From Mycobacteriales bacterium (GTDB lineage Bacteria; Actinomycetota; Actinomycetes; Mycobacteriales; CADCTP01): a DNA stretch of 64,000 nucleotides. Position numbers and translations under genes: made by a program. Location of the stretch: the NCBI GenBank assembly GCA_035995165.1, contig DASYKU010000066.1, positions 1,575 to 65,574 of the forward strand, given 5' to 3'. A model generated the notes under the pieces. That model searched no databases. It was not told the DNA's origin and saw nothing but the letters and a program-made list of their open reading frames with translations. Shown one piece after another: positions 54,573 to 64,000 of the stretch (position 1 is the first letter of the stretch; every line of letters begins with the position of its first letter).

Positions 54573-55959
54573 GCGTCGATTCTCGCAGGTGCTCGACGAT
54601 CTGCCCGGCGGCGGCGTACCCGGACCGGATGCAGGCCGGGATGCCGACCCCGTCGAACGCCGCCCCGCAGACGGCCAGCCCCGGGACCCGGCCGACGTCG
54701 GCCCGGATCCGGCGGACCCGCTCCAGATGTCCCGGCGCGTACTGCGGGAGGGCGCCGCCCCAGCGGGTCACCCGGTGCGCGACCGGCGCGGACCGGATGC
54801 CGGCCAGCGCGGTCAGCTGCCCCAGCACGAGCCGGACCAGCTCGGTGTCGTCGCGGTGCAGCACCCGGGCCTCGCGGTGCCGACCGACCGAGGCCCGCAC
54901 GATCGCGAGGTCGTGCCCGTCGAGGTGCTTCCACTTGTTCGAGGAGTACGTCACGGCCTTGACCGCGCCGCCGCCCTCGACCCCCGGCACCAGCAGCCCG
55001 GAGCCGGACAGGCCGGACAGCGCCGCGGCCGGGAAGGCCAGCGTGACGATGCCGACGCTCGCGTACTCCATCGCGGCCAGCTCGTGCGCGGCCCAGGGCG
55101 CCAGGCCCTCCAGCAGCCCGGCCGCCTTGCCGGCCGGCGCGGCCACCACGACCGCGTCCGCGACCAGCGCGACCGGGTCCGGCACCGGACCGCCGACCAG
55201 CCGGAAACCGCCGGTGGTGCGCTCGATGCGGCGGATCGGCAGCCGCAGCCGGACGTCGGCGCCGGCGGACCGGGCCACCGCCTCGGGCAGCACGCCCATC
55301 CCGCCGTCCAGCGCGGCGAACGCGGGCCCGGCGTCGGGCGCGGCCGCGTCGACCACCGAGCGGGCCGCCGCGACCAGCTTGCCGCCGTCCCGGTCCAGCG
55401 CGGCCGCCAGCGCCGGCATCGTCGCCCGCAGCGACAGCCCGTCGGCGCGGCCCGCGTACACCCCGCCCAGCAGCGGGTCGACCAGCCGGTCGACGACCTC
55501 GCGGCCGAGCCGGCGGCCTACGTACTGACCGACGGAGGGGTCGCCGAGCGGGGCCGGCTCGGCCCGGTCGGCGCCGACCGCGGCGAGCCCCTCCTCGGTG
55601 AGCAGCCCGCTGCGGCGCAGCGCCGCCCGGTCCGAGGGCACGCCGAGCACCGTCCGCGGCGGCAGCTTGTGGCAGACCCCGTCGATCGCGACCGCGGCCT
55701 CGTTGGTGACCGGGTGCACGATCTCGCCGCCGAGGCCGACCGAGCGGACCAGCTCCACGCCCTCGCGCTGCCGGGCGATGAACGTCTCCGCGCCCTCGTC
55801 CACCGGCAGGCCGCCGACCGGGGACACCCGCAGCTTGCCGCCGACCTTGGACGCGCCGTCGACGATCGTGATGCGGGTCCCGGGCGGCGCCTCGCGGGAG
55901 ACGGCCAGCGCCGCGGCCAACCCCGCGATGCCGGCTCCGATCACCACGACGCGCGCCAC
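54544..55959 (-). CDS. hemY: Protoporphyrinogen/coproporphyrinogen III oxidase (FAD-dependent)
   Basis: GTG 55959 gives [17 protein letters not shown], a dinucleotide-binding fold. The gene is about 471 aa, and its 3' end overlaps the chdC start by about 29 nt. Confidence 0.88.
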   Translation of the reverse strand: MARVVVIGAGIAGLAAALAVSREAPPGTRITIVDGASKVGGKLRVSPVGGLPVDEGAETFIARQREGVELVRSVGLGGEIVHPVTNEAAVAIDGVCHKLPPRTVLGVPSDRAALRRSGLLTEEGLAAVGADRAEPAPLGDPSVGQYVGRRLGREVVDRLVDPLLGGVYAGRADGLSLRATMPALAAALDRDGGKLVAAARSVVDAAAPDAGPAFAALDGGMGVLPEAVARSAGADVRLRLPIRRIERTTGGFRLVGGPVPDPVALVADAVVVAAPAGKAAGLLEGLAPWAAHELAAMEYASVGIVTLAFPAAALSGLSGSGLLVPGVEGGGAVKAVTYSSNKWKHLDGHDLAIVRASVGRHREARVLHRDDTELVRLVLGQLTALAGIRSAPVAHRVTRWGGALPQYAPGHLERVRRIRADVGRVPGLAVCGAAFDGVGIPACIRSGYAAAGQIVEHLRESTRGSGWEEGA

Positions 55960-56073
55960 GCCATCTATCTTGCTCGCTCGCCTCGACGGGATCGAGACCG
56001 GATCGCGATCTCCGGTGCGGAACCGATCACCCGGCCGGGTGGTCGCACCGCCACCACAGGGCGAGGAGGCACA

Positions 56074-57021
56074 GTGAACGTACGGGCGAGGGGGCTGGGC
56101 GCGGCAGCGGTGACGCTCGCACTGGCCGGCGCGCTGGCCGGATGCAGCTCGGGCAGCAACGACTCCGGCAGCGACACGGGCAGCGCGGCGAGCAACACGA
56201 TCGGCGAGCAGGCCGTGGGCGCGCCCGGGTCGGCGGTCCCGGCCGCCGGGTCCCAGGCGGCGGACTCCGCCACCGCGACGGGCGGGAAGGCGGCCGCGCC
56301 GGGCGACACCAGCGCGATCCGGATCGAACCGGCGCTGATCCGGACGGCCGACCTCACGGTCGTGGTCGACGACGTACCCGGCCGGGCCGGCGCGGCCGAG
56401 TCCGCGGCCCGGGCCGCCGGCGGCGTGGTGGCCGGGGACGACCGGTCCGGCTCCGGCTCCGGTGCGCACGCCAAGCTGGTGCTCAAGGTCCCGCCGGGCC
56501 GGCTGGACGCGCTGCTGGACCAGCTCGGGAAGCTCGGCACCGAGCAGTCCCGGACCAGCAGCAGCCAGGACGTCACCGAGGACGTGGCCGACATCGGCTC
56601 CCGGGTGGCGACCATGCAGGCCTCCATCGCCCGGATCCGGGCCATCCTGTCCCGGGCCGACAAGATCGGCGACGTGGTCGCGGTCGAGGGCGAGCTGTCC
56701 ACCCGCACCACCGAGCTGGAGTCGCTGCAGGCCCGGCAGCGGGCGCTGGCCGGCCAGGTCAGCTACGCGACGATCACGCTGGACCTGCGGGCCCACGGCG
56801 CCGCGGCGGCCCCGGCACCGGTGGACCGCAGCGGCTTCGCCGGCGGCCTGCAGGACGGCTGGCACGCGTTCACCGCGACCGTGGGCTGGCTGGCGATGGT
56901 GCTCGGCGCGCTGCTGCCGTTCCTGATCGTCGGCATCCCGCTCGCGCTGGCCGCACGCTGGGCGGTCCGCCGCCGGACGGCTACCCCGGCAGCGAGTGGA
57001 CCAGTTCCACAGTCCGAGTGA
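56074..57021 (+). CDS. DUF4349 domain lipoprotein
   Basis: GTG 56074 after GAGGAGG. Lipobox LAGCSSGS, a coiled-coil region ([26 protein letters not shown]) and a C-terminal TM anchor. Confidence 0.72.
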   Translation: MNVRARGLGAAAVTLALAGALAGCSSGSNDSGSDTGSAASNTIGEQAVGAPGSAVPAAGSQAADSATATGGKAAAPGDTSAIRIEPALIRTADLTVVVDDVPGRAGAAESAARAAGGVVAGDDRSGSGSGAHAKLVLKVPPGRLDALLDQLGKLGTEQSRTSSSQDVTEDVADIGSRVATMQASIARIRAILSRADKIGDVVAVEGELSTRTTELESLQARQRALAGQVSYATITLDLRAHGAAAAPAPVDRSGFAGGLQDGWHAFTATVGWLAMVLGALLPFLIVGIPLALAARWAVRRRTATPAASGPVPQSE

Positions 57022-58033
57022 GCACGGCCGGGTCGGTGTCCGGCAGGACGCCGTGGCCGAGGTTGAACACGTGGCCGGGGGCCGCCCGGCCTTCGGCCAC
57101 GACCCGGCGCACCTCGGCCTCGACCACCGGCCAGTCGGCCAGCAGCAGGGCCGGGTCGAGGTTGCCCTGCACGGCCCGGTCCGGCCCGACCCGGCGGGTG
57201 GCCTCGTCCAGCGGCACCCGCCAGTCGACGCCGACCACGCTCGCGCCGGCCTCCCCCAGCAGCCCGAGCAGCTCCCCCGTCCCGACGCCGAAGTGCACCA
57301 GCGGGAGGTCGAGGTCGGACAGCGCGGCGAACACCGCGGCGCTGTGCGGCTGCACGAAGCGGACGTAGTCGGCGGCCGACAGCGCGCCGGCCCAGGAGTC
57401 GAACAGCTGCAGCGCGGACGCGCCCGCCTCCGCCTGCACCCGCAGGAACGTCGCCGCGATCGTGGCCAGCCGGCCCAGCAGCGCCGACCAGAGCTCGGGC
57501 GCACCGTGCATGAACGCCTTCGTCCTGGCCTGGTCGCGCGACGGGCCGCCCTCGACCAGGTAGCTGGCCAGCGTGAACGGGGCCCCGGCGAAGCCGATCA
57601 GCGGGGTGCCGGCCAGCTCCCGGACCAGCATCCCGACCGCCTCGCCGACGTACGGGACCTGGCCCGGGTCCAGCGCCGGGAAGGCCTCGACCGCGACCGC
57701 GTCCCGGATCGGCGCCGCGACCACCGGGCCGACCCCGGGCACGATGTCCAGGTCCACCCCGGCCGCCCGCAGCGGCACCATGATGTCGGAGAACAGGATC
57801 GCCGCGTCCACCCCGTGCCGGCGGACCGGCTGCAGGGTGATCTCGGTGATGAGGTCCGGTCGGGTGCAGGCCTCGAGCATGCCGACGCCGGCCCGCAGCG
57901 CCCGGTACTCCGGCAGCGACCGGCCGGCCTGGCGCATGAACCACACCGGGGTCCGCTCCACCGGCTCCCGGCGCATCGCCCGGACCAGCAGGGACTCGGT
58001 CCGTACGGCCGGTGTCGCGCTCATCGCCGCCAT
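56981..58033 (-). CDS. hemE: Uroporphyrinogen decarboxylase
   Basis: [27 protein letters not shown] and the rest of the URO-D pattern. The start is ATG 58033 or 58024. Confidence 0.93.
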   Translation of the reverse strand: MAAMSATPAVRTESLLVRAMRREPVERTPVWFMRQAGRSLPEYRALRAGVGMLEACTRPDLITEITLQPVRRHGVDAAILFSDIMVPLRAAGVDLDIVPGVGPVVAAPIRDAVAVEAFPALDPGQVPYVGEAVGMLVRELAGTPLIGFAGAPFTLASYLVEGGPSRDQARTKAFMHGAPELWSALLGRLATIAATFLRVQAEAGASALQLFDSWAGALSAADYVRFVQPHSAAVFAALSDLDLPLVHFGVGTGELLGLLGEAGASVVGVDWRVPLDEATRRVGPDRAVQGNLDPALLLADWPVVEAEVRRVVAEGRAAPGHVFNLGHGVLPDTDPAVLTRTVELVHSLPG

Positions 58034-58229
58034 CCTGCCACTCTGTCCGTGGTTCGCTCCCGGCGCTCCCCGGCCGTCCGCTCGCGGGGACGTACCGGGA
58101 CGGACCGGGCGGCGTAAGGGTTGCCGCCGCGACACGCCGGGTGTCCTCCCGCGTCGCCGGCGCCCCGCGTGTCACCGTCGCCCTACGGACGCGACAAGCA
58201 CCTTCCCCCAACCGTGCCGAGGAGGTCCG

Positions 58230-58421
58230 ATGCCCACGACGACGAGGCCCTGTCCGCGCTGCGGGGACGAGCGTGCCTTCGAGACGCCGCCCTGCGGCGA
58301 CGGCCACGGGCCGGAGTGCACCGAGCTGGCCTGCCGCGACTGCGGTACGGCGCTGCTCGTGGGTCCGTACGCAACGGAATCCCCCACGGTCCGCCGGTCC
58401 GCGCTCGGCGCGGCGGCCTGA
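58230..58421 (+). CDS. Small zinc-ribbon-like protein
   Basis: 63 aa after a strong SD (GAGGAGG). CPRC...C...C...CRDC cysteine pairs. Confidence 0.55.
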   Translation: MPTTTRPCPRCGDERAFETPPCGDGHGPECTELACRDCGTALLVGPYATESPTVRRSALGAAA

Positions 58422-58444
58422 CGCGCCGGAGAGGGTCGTCCGAG

Positions 58445-59038
58445 ATGTCAGCCACGGTGCCTGAACGCGACATGCCCCGGCCGCGGGGCCGCTCGCTCGC
58501 GCCCGCCGAGTTCGCCGCGGCGGTGCGCAGCCTGGGCCTGGCCCGGGTCCGGTCCGAGGTCCGGGTCGAGGAGGTCCGGCCGCCGCAGAAGCTGGCCCCG
58601 TGGACGCACGCGGTGGCGCTGACGCTGCTGATCGCCGACGAGGAGGTCGCCACCGGCCGCCTCGTCCTGCTGCACGACCCGGCCGGCTACGAGGCCTGGG
58701 AAGGCACCCTGCGCCTGGTCGGGTACGCCTCGGCCGAGCTGGACGCGGAGATGGCCGGCGACCCGCTGCTGCCCGAGGTCGGCTGGAGCTGGCTGCTGGA
58801 CGCGCTGGAGACCGCCGGGGCCGGGTTCCGCGCCGCCGGTGGCACCGTCACCCAGACCTCCTCCACCCGCTTCGGCGACCTGGCCGGACCGCGCCGCACC
58901 TCCGACCTGGAGCTGCGGGCGTCCTGGACGCCGGTCGGGCAGGACGTCTCGGCGCACCTGCGCGCGTTCGCGGAGCTGCTCTGCACGGCGGCGGGGCTGC
59001 CGCCGGCCGGGGTCACCGCCCTGCCGAACCGGGGCTGA
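58445..59038 (+). CDS. DUF3000 domain protein
   Basis: ATG 58445. EVRPPQKLAPWTHAVAL...GRLVLLHDPAGYEAWEGTLRLVGY... matches the family usually found next to hemE and rnd in actinobacteria. Confidence 0.75.
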   Translation: MSATVPERDMPRPRGRSLAPAEFAAAVRSLGLARVRSEVRVEEVRPPQKLAPWTHAVALTLLIADEEVATGRLVLLHDPAGYEAWEGTLRLVGYASAELDAEMAGDPLLPEVGWSWLLDALETAGAGFRAAGGTVTQTSSTRFGDLAGPRRTSDLELRASWTPVGQDVSAHLRAFAELLCTAAGLPPAGVTALPNRG

Positions 59039-59044
59039 GCCCGC

Positions 59045-60151
59045 TCAGACCCGCAGCGGGCTGCCCGGGACGCTGCTGGACCCACTGCCGGAGCCGAGCA
59101 CCAGTCCCGCCCGCGGCGCCATCGGCAGCCGCAGCGTCAGCTCCGTACCCTCGCCGGGGGCGGTCACGACGTCGAGCGAGCCGCCGGCCAGCCGGGCCCG
59201 CTCCCGCAGCAGCCCGAGGCCGACGTGCCGGCCCCCGCCGGACTGCACCTGGCTCGGCACGAACCCCGGCCCGGCGTCGCGGACCTTGGCCACCAGATGG
59301 TCCCGTTCCACCGCCAGCGAGGCGTCGGCCTCGTCCACGTCGGCGTGCTTGACGACGTTGAGCAGGGCCTCCTGGAAGAACCGGTAGACCGTCACCGCGG
59401 ACACCAGCGGCAGCGGGTACGCCTGCTCCGGCCAGCTCAGCCGGACGGTCACCAGGTAGCGGGTGGCGAACTCGCGCCGCAGGGCGCCCACGGCCGAGGC
59501 CAGGTCACCGTCGTTCAGCGCCGCCGGCCGGGCCCGGGCCATCACCGCGCGGACCTGCTCCTCGGCGTCCTCGACCAGGTCCCGGACCTTCTCCATCCGC
59601 TCCGGGTCGGGGTCGATCCGCTCGGCCAGCAGCGACCGGGCCACCGCGAGCGACTGGGCGACCGTGTCGTGCAGCTCCGCGGACAGCTGGCCCCGGGTGG
59701 CCTCCTCGGCCGCGACCAGGCCGGACAGCAGCTCGAAGACGCCCGCGCTGGTCTGCTCGGCGGTCCGCCGGGCCTGCTCGGCGACCTCGTCCGCGACCCG
59801 GGCCCGCAGGTGCAGCGCGTCCAGCACCCGGGCCAGCTCGGCGAACTCGGTCGCCGCGCCGACCAGCTGCGGTGCGGTCGTCGACACCCGCAGCGAGGGG
59901 TCCCGCAGCCGCCGGACCGCGTCCGCGTGCAGCTCCCGGAGCCCGGCGGTGACCCGCCGGGACCAGAACACGCCCCCGGCGACCAGCGCCAGGCCGACCA
60001 GCAGCCCGATGAGGAGGGCCAGCACTTCCAGCCGGTCGAGGCCGCCGCGCGCGAGAACGGCGCCGACCAGCAAGATCATCGTGACGACGATCGCGGCACC
60101 GCCGATGGCCGCCCATGCCGCGAGCGGCAGGTTCCGACCGCGTCGGATCAC
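59045..60151 (-). CDS. Sensor histidine kinase (HisKA_3, NarL-partner type)
   Basis: GTG 60151 overlaps the upstream TGA (GTGA). Two TM helices, an H-box LSAELHDTVAQSLAVA, and an HATPase region NVVKHAD...VRDAGPGF...GLGLLRERA. Confidence 0.88.
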   Translation of the reverse strand: MIRRGRNLPLAAWAAIGGAAIVVTMILLVGAVLARGGLDRLEVLALLIGLLVGLALVAGGVFWSRRVTAGLRELHADAVRRLRDPSLRVSTTAPQLVGAATEFAELARVLDALHLRARVADEVAEQARRTAEQTSAGVFELLSGLVAAEEATRGQLSAELHDTVAQSLAVARSLLAERIDPDPERMEKVRDLVEDAEEQVRAVMARARPAALNDGDLASAVGALRREFATRYLVTVRLSWPEQAYPLPLVSAVTVYRFFQEALLNVVKHADVDEADASLAVERDHLVAKVRDAGPGFVPSQVQSGGGRHVGLGLLRERARLAGGSLDVVTAPGEGTELTLRLPMAPRAGLVLGSGSGSSSVPGSPLRV

Positions 60152-61581
60152 GGACCGACGGCGTCCTCGAGCCGACCGGTGGTGGTCCACTCGGCGTCCC
60201 GGGTCGGGGCCGCGGGTCCCGCGGTGAGCTCCAGCTGTTCGACCTCGGCGTCACTGGCCAGCGCGATCGCGCCGAGCAGCGAGGCGACCGCACGCTCGAC
60301 CGAGTAGAGCTCGGCGACGATCTCGTCGACCGCCTCCGGCCCGTCGAAGCGGGTGGCCAGCCGGGACAGCCGGTGCGCCGACTCGCGCAGCACGGCCAGC
60401 GCCGGGACGGTCTCCTGGGAGATGTCGCCCAGCACCCGGTTGGCGGCGCCGTACGCCTCGGCGCGCCCGACGGCCTCGTCCCGCCGGGCCGACAGCTCGG
60501 CGACCGACAACCAGGACTCGGCCTGTCCGACGAGCACACCGGCCAGCTGGGCGTCCGCGCGGCCGAAGGTGGCCGACAGCGGCGGACGGTGGGCGATGAG
60601 CACGGCCAGCGGACGCTCGGGATCGCCGAGCACGGCCGAGCAGTACGGCTGGTCGCCGTCCTCGCCGATCAGCACGCCGCGAGCGGCGAGCGCGCGCAGG
60701 GCCCACGGGCCGTCCAGCGCGTCGGAGTCGACCCGGGTCCGGGCGGCGACACCGCTGTCGTCCCCGACGTAGCGGAGGAGGCCATCGGGGTGCCGCAGCA
60801 GCATCTCCACCCGCGCGGCGCCGAACAGGCGGGCCGCGGCGATGGTGATGACCTGGGCGGACGCGTCGACGGAGCCGCCGAGCCGCTGCTGGCCCTGGGC
60901 CAGCTCGGCGAACAGCTGCGCTTCCGACGCACGCCGGGACTGCTGCTGGTAGCTCCACCAGAGCAGGCCGATCGGCACCAGCAGGCCGAGCAACCCGATG
61001 GGCTGCTCCTTCCACAGCCAGCCGGCCAGCACGCCGACCGACAGGTTGCCGACCGTGTTCATGATCGCCATCGGGCCCATCCGGGTCAGCACCCGGAAGT
61101 ACGGCACGCCGGACGTCACCGAGATCGGGACGGCGACCAGGGAGTGGTTGAACAACGCGTACGTACCGAGGCCGATGCAGGCGGCGAACACGCCTCCGCC
61201 GAGCAGGTTCGCCACCAGGGCGCCGGCCGCGGCGGCGCAGAACATCTGCGCCATGTTGAACGCGAGCTTGAGGGGCGACCGGTTCCGGATCCCGCCCCGG
61301 GCGAGCGCGAAGCCGAGCGCCATGCCGACCGCGGCCCACGCACCCGGCGAGACCAGGACGAAGGCGACCGCCAGCACGAGGTCGTTCAGGGCGAAGGTGA
61401 CGCCCTGTTTACCGACGACGATGCGGACCCGGACGGCGACCCATTCGGTGATGGCCACCGCGGCCACGAACACGCCGAGGGTCAGCCAGGACGGCAGGCC
61501 CCACCCGGCGAGCACGGACAGCGTCGTACCCACTACCGCCAGCATGGCGATGATGAGCTGAACTGCCCGGTCAGGCTTCAT
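60148..61581 (-). CDS. Multi-TM membrane protein with a cytoplasmic GAF-like domain, no output domain
   Basis: ATG 61581. About 7 hydrophobic helices are followed by a region of roughly 230 aa (...VITIAAARLFGAARVEMLLRHPDG...LIGEDGDQPYCSAVLGDPERPLAVLIAHR...) that resembles a GAF fold. The family call is tentative. Confidence 0.6.
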   Translation of the reverse strand: MKPDRAVQLIIAMLAVVGTTLSVLAGWGLPSWLTLGVFVAAVAITEWVAVRVRIVVGKQGVTFALNDLVLAVAFVLVSPGAWAAVGMALGFALARGGIRNRSPLKLAFNMAQMFCAAAAGALVANLLGGGVFAACIGLGTYALFNHSLVAVPISVTSGVPYFRVLTRMGPMAIMNTVGNLSVGVLAGWLWKEQPIGLLGLLVPIGLLWWSYQQQSRRASEAQLFAELAQGQQRLGGSVDASAQVITIAAARLFGAARVEMLLRHPDGLLRYVGDDSGVAARTRVDSDALDGPWALRALAARGVLIGEDGDQPYCSAVLGDPERPLAVLIAHRPPLSATFGRADAQLAGVLVGQAESWLSVAELSARRDEAVGRAEAYGAANRVLGDISQETVPALAVLRESAHRLSRLATRFDGPEAVDEIVAELYSVERAVASLLGAIALASDAEVEQLELTAGPAAPTRDAEWTTTGRLEDAVGP

Positions 61582-61595
61582 ACCGAGGAAAGCCC

Positions 61596-61730
61596 TCAGT
61601 CCCAAGCCGAACCGTTGAGCGACACCGAGTGCGGGCTGAAAGTGACCGCGCCGGCCGCGTCCGCTGCTCCCACCGCGATGCCGAGCGCTATGGCCACGAA
61701 CACCACCGCGCGAACGAGTCGTCTGCGCAT
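61596..61730 (-). CDS. 44-aa small secreted peptide candidate
   Basis: MRRRLVRAVVFVAIALGIAVGAADAAGAVTFSPHSVSLNGSAWD. It has a classic n/h/c signal peptide with an ADA-A site, GGGAGAG upstream, and a stop 14 nt before the next gene's ATG. It is the internal start of track ORF 61596..61787. Confidence 0.45.
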   Translation of the reverse strand: MRRRLVRAVVFVAIALGIAVGAADAAGAVTFSPHSVSLNGSAWD

Positions 61731-62041
61731 CGTTCCACTCTCCCATTCCCGGGCCACCCCCCGCGATCCAGGTGGATCAGGCCGCACACACTATCGGGTG
61801 TTGCCAAATCCCGAGGCATCAACACCTGATGTTGTCACCTTCCCCCGAGAATACCCCGAAGGGAGTAGCGTCGGCCCCGCCGTGCACGGCAGGCTGTCGC
61901 CCGGAGATGCTGGCCATCCCGCGTGGAGCTGCCGGCCCGCGGACCACCGCGCTCCACTAGCGGGCCACGGGAGGGCACGGCGTGACCACAGAGGGTACGA
62001 GAGGGGCGGACGTGACCGCACTGCAGGCCACGGCGGGGTCG

Positions 62042-62701
62042 ATGGAGGGTGTCGGACCCGCGACAGCGCAGCGCTTCACCGCGCTGGTGGTGGACGACCA
62101 TCCACTGCTGCGTGAATCGATCGTCACCAAGCTGCGCTCGATGGGCGCCGCCGAGGTGTACGAGGCCGCCAGCGTGGCCGAGGCCCGCGCCCGCGCGCAC
62201 GCCTCCGGCCCCTGTGACCTGTGCATTCTCGACCTGGGACTGCCCGACGGCAACGGTCTGGACCTGCTCGGCGAGCTGCGCAGCTCGGGCTGGCCGCGGC
62301 TCGTCGTGCTCTCCGCCGCCGACGACCCCTACTCGGTGCGAGCCGCGTTCGTGGCCGGCGCCCAGGGCTATCTGCTCAAGTCCGCCTCCCCCTCGGTGGT
62401 CTCCGACGGCGTCCGCCGGGTCCTCGACGGCGGGGTCTACGCGGACCCCTCGGTCGCCTCGCTGCTGGCCGCCGGCCTGCGCGGTGGCCCGAGCGAGAGC
62501 GGCGTCGCCGACCTGTCCGCCCGCGAGATCGAGGTGCTCCGCCTGGTCGCGGACGGCAAGTCCAACAAGCAGATAGGTGAGACGCTGAGCCTCTCGGCGC
62601 TCACCGTGAAGAGCCACCTGGCCCGCATCGCCCGCAAGCTCGGCACCGGGGACCGGGCCGAGATGGTCGCGCTGGTCATGCGCGCAGGCATCATCCGCTG
62701 A
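62042..62701 (+). CDS. NarL/LuxR-family response regulator
   Basis: Receiver domain (ALVVDDHPLLRES...ILDLGLPDGNG) and LuxR HTH (LSAREIEVLRLVADGKSNKQIGETLSLSALTVKSHL). The start is ATG 62042 or GTG 61982. Confidence 0.9.
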   Translation: MEGVGPATAQRFTALVVDDHPLLRESIVTKLRSMGAAEVYEAASVAEARARAHASGPCDLCILDLGLPDGNGLDLLGELRSSGWPRLVVLSAADDPYSVRAAFVAGAQGYLLKSASPSVVSDGVRRVLDGGVYADPSVASLLAAGLRGGPSESGVADLSAREIEVLRLVADGKSNKQIGETLSLSALTVKSHLARIARKLGTGDRAEMVALVMRAGIIR

Positions 62702-62727
62702 CGGACTACCAGGACGCGCAAGCCCCC

Positions 62728-64000
62728 GTGACCGAGTCGACGGCTCCCGGGGGCGAGTCAGCCACGGACCTGGACGGCTCCCGCGTCGCCGCCAACGGCG
62801 CCGCGCCGGTCGCCCCACCGGCCGAGCCCGAGGTGGATCCCGAGGTCGTCGCCGAAGCCCGGGTGGCGGTGCCGCTGGTCGAGCCGCGCGAGGGCGTACC
62901 GGAGCCGATCACGACCGAGGCCGACCTGGCCGCGGCGATCGCCCGGCTGGCCGCCGGCATCGGACCGGTCGCGGTGGACGCCGAGCGCGCGTCCGGCTAC
63001 CGGTACGGGCAGCGGGCCTACCTGGTCCAGCTCCGCCGCAAGAACTCCGGGACCGTGCTGATCGACCCCGTCCCGCTGGCCGACCTGTCCGCGCTCGGCG
63101 CCGCGATCGCGGACGCCGAGTGGGTTCTGCACGCGGCCAGCCAGGACCTGCCCTGCCTGTCCGAGCTCGGCATGCACCCGCGGACGCTGTTCGACACGGA
63201 GCTGGCCGGCCGCCTGCTCGGGTACGAGAAGGTCGGCCTCGGCGCGATGGTGGACAGCCAGCTCGGGCTGGCCCTGGAGAAGGGCCACTCGGCCGCCGAC
63301 TGGTCGACCCGGCCGCTGCCCCGCTCCTGGCTGGCGTACGCGGCGCTGGACGTCGAGGTGCTGGTCGAGCTGCGCGACCTGCTCGAGGTGCAGCTGGCCG
63401 ACGCCGGCAAGCTGGACTGGGCCACGGAGGAGTTCGCCGCGGTCGCGGCCGCCCCGCCGCCGCCCCCGCGGGCCGAGCCCTGGCGCCGGACCTCGGGCAT
63501 CCACCGGGTCCGCGGCCGCCGCGCGCTGGCCACCGTCCGGGCCCTCTGGGAGGCGCGGGACGGGCTGGCCCGGCAGCGCGACATCGCCCCGGGCCGGGTG
63601 CTGCCGGACAGCGCGATCGTCGCCGCCGCGACCGCGAACCCGGCCACCGCCGAGGAGCTGGCCGCGCTGCCGGTGTTCTCCGGCCGGCAGCAGCTGCGTC
63701 AGCTGCGCCGCTGGTTCGGCGCGGTCGAGGCCGCCCGGGCGCTGCCGGAGATCGACCTGCCGCTGTCGGCGGTGCCGAGCGACGCGCCGCCGCCGCCGAA
63801 CCGCTGGGCCGACCGGGACCCGGACGCGGCCGCCCGGCTGGCCGCGGCCCGGGCCGCGCTGGCCGCGCTGTCCAAGCAGCACGCGATCCCGGTCGAGAAC
63901 CTCCTCTCCCCTGACCTGGTCCGCCGGCTGGCCTGGTCGCCCCCGGCCGACATGTCGGTCGACGGGGTGACGGCCGTGCTGGCCGCGGGCGGCGCCCGGC
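62728..64000 (+). CDS. rnd: Ribonuclease D (DEDDy 3'-5' exonuclease plus HRDC); 3' end runs off the window
   Basis: Not in the ORF track (no stop in the window). My translation gives ...PVAVDAERASGYRYGQRAYLVQLRR...WVLHAASQDLPCL...HSAADWSTRPLP...YAALDVEVL, followed by an HRDC-like region. GTG 62728 is the first in-frame start; 62833 and 62863 are alternatives. Confidence 0.85.
   Translation, partial: MTESTAPGGESATDLDGSRVAANGAAPVAPPAEPEVDPEVVAEARVAVPLVEPREGVPEPITTEADLAAAIARLAAGIGPVAVDAERASGYRYGQRAYLVQLRRKNSGTVLIDPVPLADLSALGAAIADAEWVLHAASQDLPCLSELGMHPRTLFDTELAGRLLGYEKVGLGAMVDSQLGLALEKGHSAADWSTRPLPRSWLAYAALDVEVLVELRDLLEVQLADAGKLDWATEEFAAVAAAPPPPPRAEPWRRTSGIHRVRGRRALATVRALWEARDGLARQRDIAPGRVLPDSAIVAAATANPATAEELAALPVFSGRQQLRQLRRWFGAVEAARALPEIDLPLSAVPSDAPPPPNRWADRDPDAAARLAAARAALAALSKQHAIPVENLLSPDLVRRLAWSPPADMSVDGVTAVLAAGGAR

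Overview
Very high-GC actinobacterial chromosomal segment (GC looks above 70% by eye, not computed). About 60 genes are packed tightly, and many are joined by ATGA/GTGA start-stop overlaps. Most long Arg/Pro/Gly-rich ORFs in the track are shadow frames of real genes on the other strand.

Recognisable core content:
- uvrB
- the trehalose-from-glycogen genes glgX-treY...treZ
- the coproporphyrin-dependent heme genes hemE, hemY and chdC, with msrB, a DUF3000 gene and rnd
- sppA
- an ATP-dependent ligase (LigC type) and a stand-alone LigD-type primase-polymerase
- a TerC membrane protein behind a yybP-ykoY (Mn2+) riboswitch
- two LuxR-type two-component systems
- several secreted peptidases (S9, S53, S33), a bacterial serpin, and an LTD-EEP extracellular nuclease

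No rRNA, tRNA, CRISPR array, transposase or integrase was seen.

The most unusual content sits in a roughly 7.9 kb block that splits treY from treZ. It holds a compact minus-strand operon: MauE-like membrane protein, membrane-anchored TlpA-like CxxC protein, ABC exporter, and a 65-aa leader-bearing six-cysteine peptide with a very strong RBS. A short SodX-like S26 protease lies convergent to it. Three TTAGCGC heptamers at exact 11-bp phasing lie upstream. I read this as a candidate self-contained system for making an exported, leader-cleaved, disulfide-rich peptide, and I do not recognise it as a described family.

The second candidate is a small secreted peptide, a GAF membrane protein, a histidine kinase and a divergent regulator, inserted between the DUF3000 gene and rnd.

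All calls come from reading the translations. No database search was run.
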